A stretch of DNA of 64,000 nucleotides, taken from Octopus bimaculoides. Lineage: Eukaryota. How positions within the stretch are numbered: the first letter of the stretch is position 1; the number at the start of each line of letters is the position of its first letter. Shown here in pieces: positions 63,726-64,000 of the stretch. Below the pieces are notes generated by a model, which was not told the origin of the DNA, did no database searches, and saw only the letters and a program-made list of their open reading frames with translations. The stretch is from contig NC_068984.1 in the NCBI RefSeq assembly GCF_001194135.2, positions 145,019,842 to 145,083,841 on the forward strand, given 5' to 3'. The translations under genes were made by a program, and so were the position numbers.

Positions 63726-63960
63726 ATTGGTTGTTATTTTTATTTGTTATCCAGTGATTTGAAAAATGTAGAAAGGATTTCTTTTAGAGTTTCATGGAAC
63801 CTCCAAAGATGATGAAAACGAAGTGGTTAATATTCTTGTTGAACAGATTGTGTTTTTACAAAATAAGGCAGTTTTCTTCTCAACGAATGACTCACATTTT
63901 TCTGATTCTTAACAAAGCTAAAAGAAAAACTGACAGAACCATCCTTCAATGTTGTCATAG

Positions 63961-63991
63961 CCCTACCGGTAAATGCAAGCAGATAACCCAG
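63961..63991 (+). other. Possible exon with ATG (63973; MQADNP) ending at a consensus donor at the window edge
   Basis: ttgtcatag acceptor and CCCAG|gtgagt donor. Too short to identify. Confidence 0.3.
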
Positions 63992-64000
63992 GTGAGTTCT

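Overview
Eukaryotic, AT-rich, gap-ridden genomic DNA dominated by microsatellites, SINEs and decayed transposons. The repeat families and microsatellite load suggest a cephalopod (Octopus-like) draft assembly; this is an inference. One protein-coding gene is well supported. It is a spliced minus-strand gene (7 predicted coding exons, 15996 to 7842, 673 aa, all introns GT-AG and phase-compatible). It encodes a serine beta-lactamase/transpeptidase-fold hydrolase with intact SxxK, YxN and HTG motifs, followed by five ~50-aa repeats resembling the bacterial tandem repeat domain BTRD1. The remainder contains remnants of Penelope-like, R4/Dong, CR1, RTE, mariner, maT and Helitron elements, hAT and Tigger-type MITEs, a 5S rRNA-derived copy and many tRNA-type SINEs. 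Read by eye, the window holds several distinct hammerhead-ribozyme (HHR) motifs. One is the 3' module of a tRNA-headed SINE, and two share an unusually long stem II with a palindromic CAGCUG stem III. Other oddities are a minisatellite that duplicated a splice donor of the hydrolase gene, a cluster of three D-boxes plus an E-box, and a cryptic 11-bp periodic array. Most ORFs in the supplied track are microsatellite or N-gap artefacts. All family assignments come from motif recognition, not from database searches.
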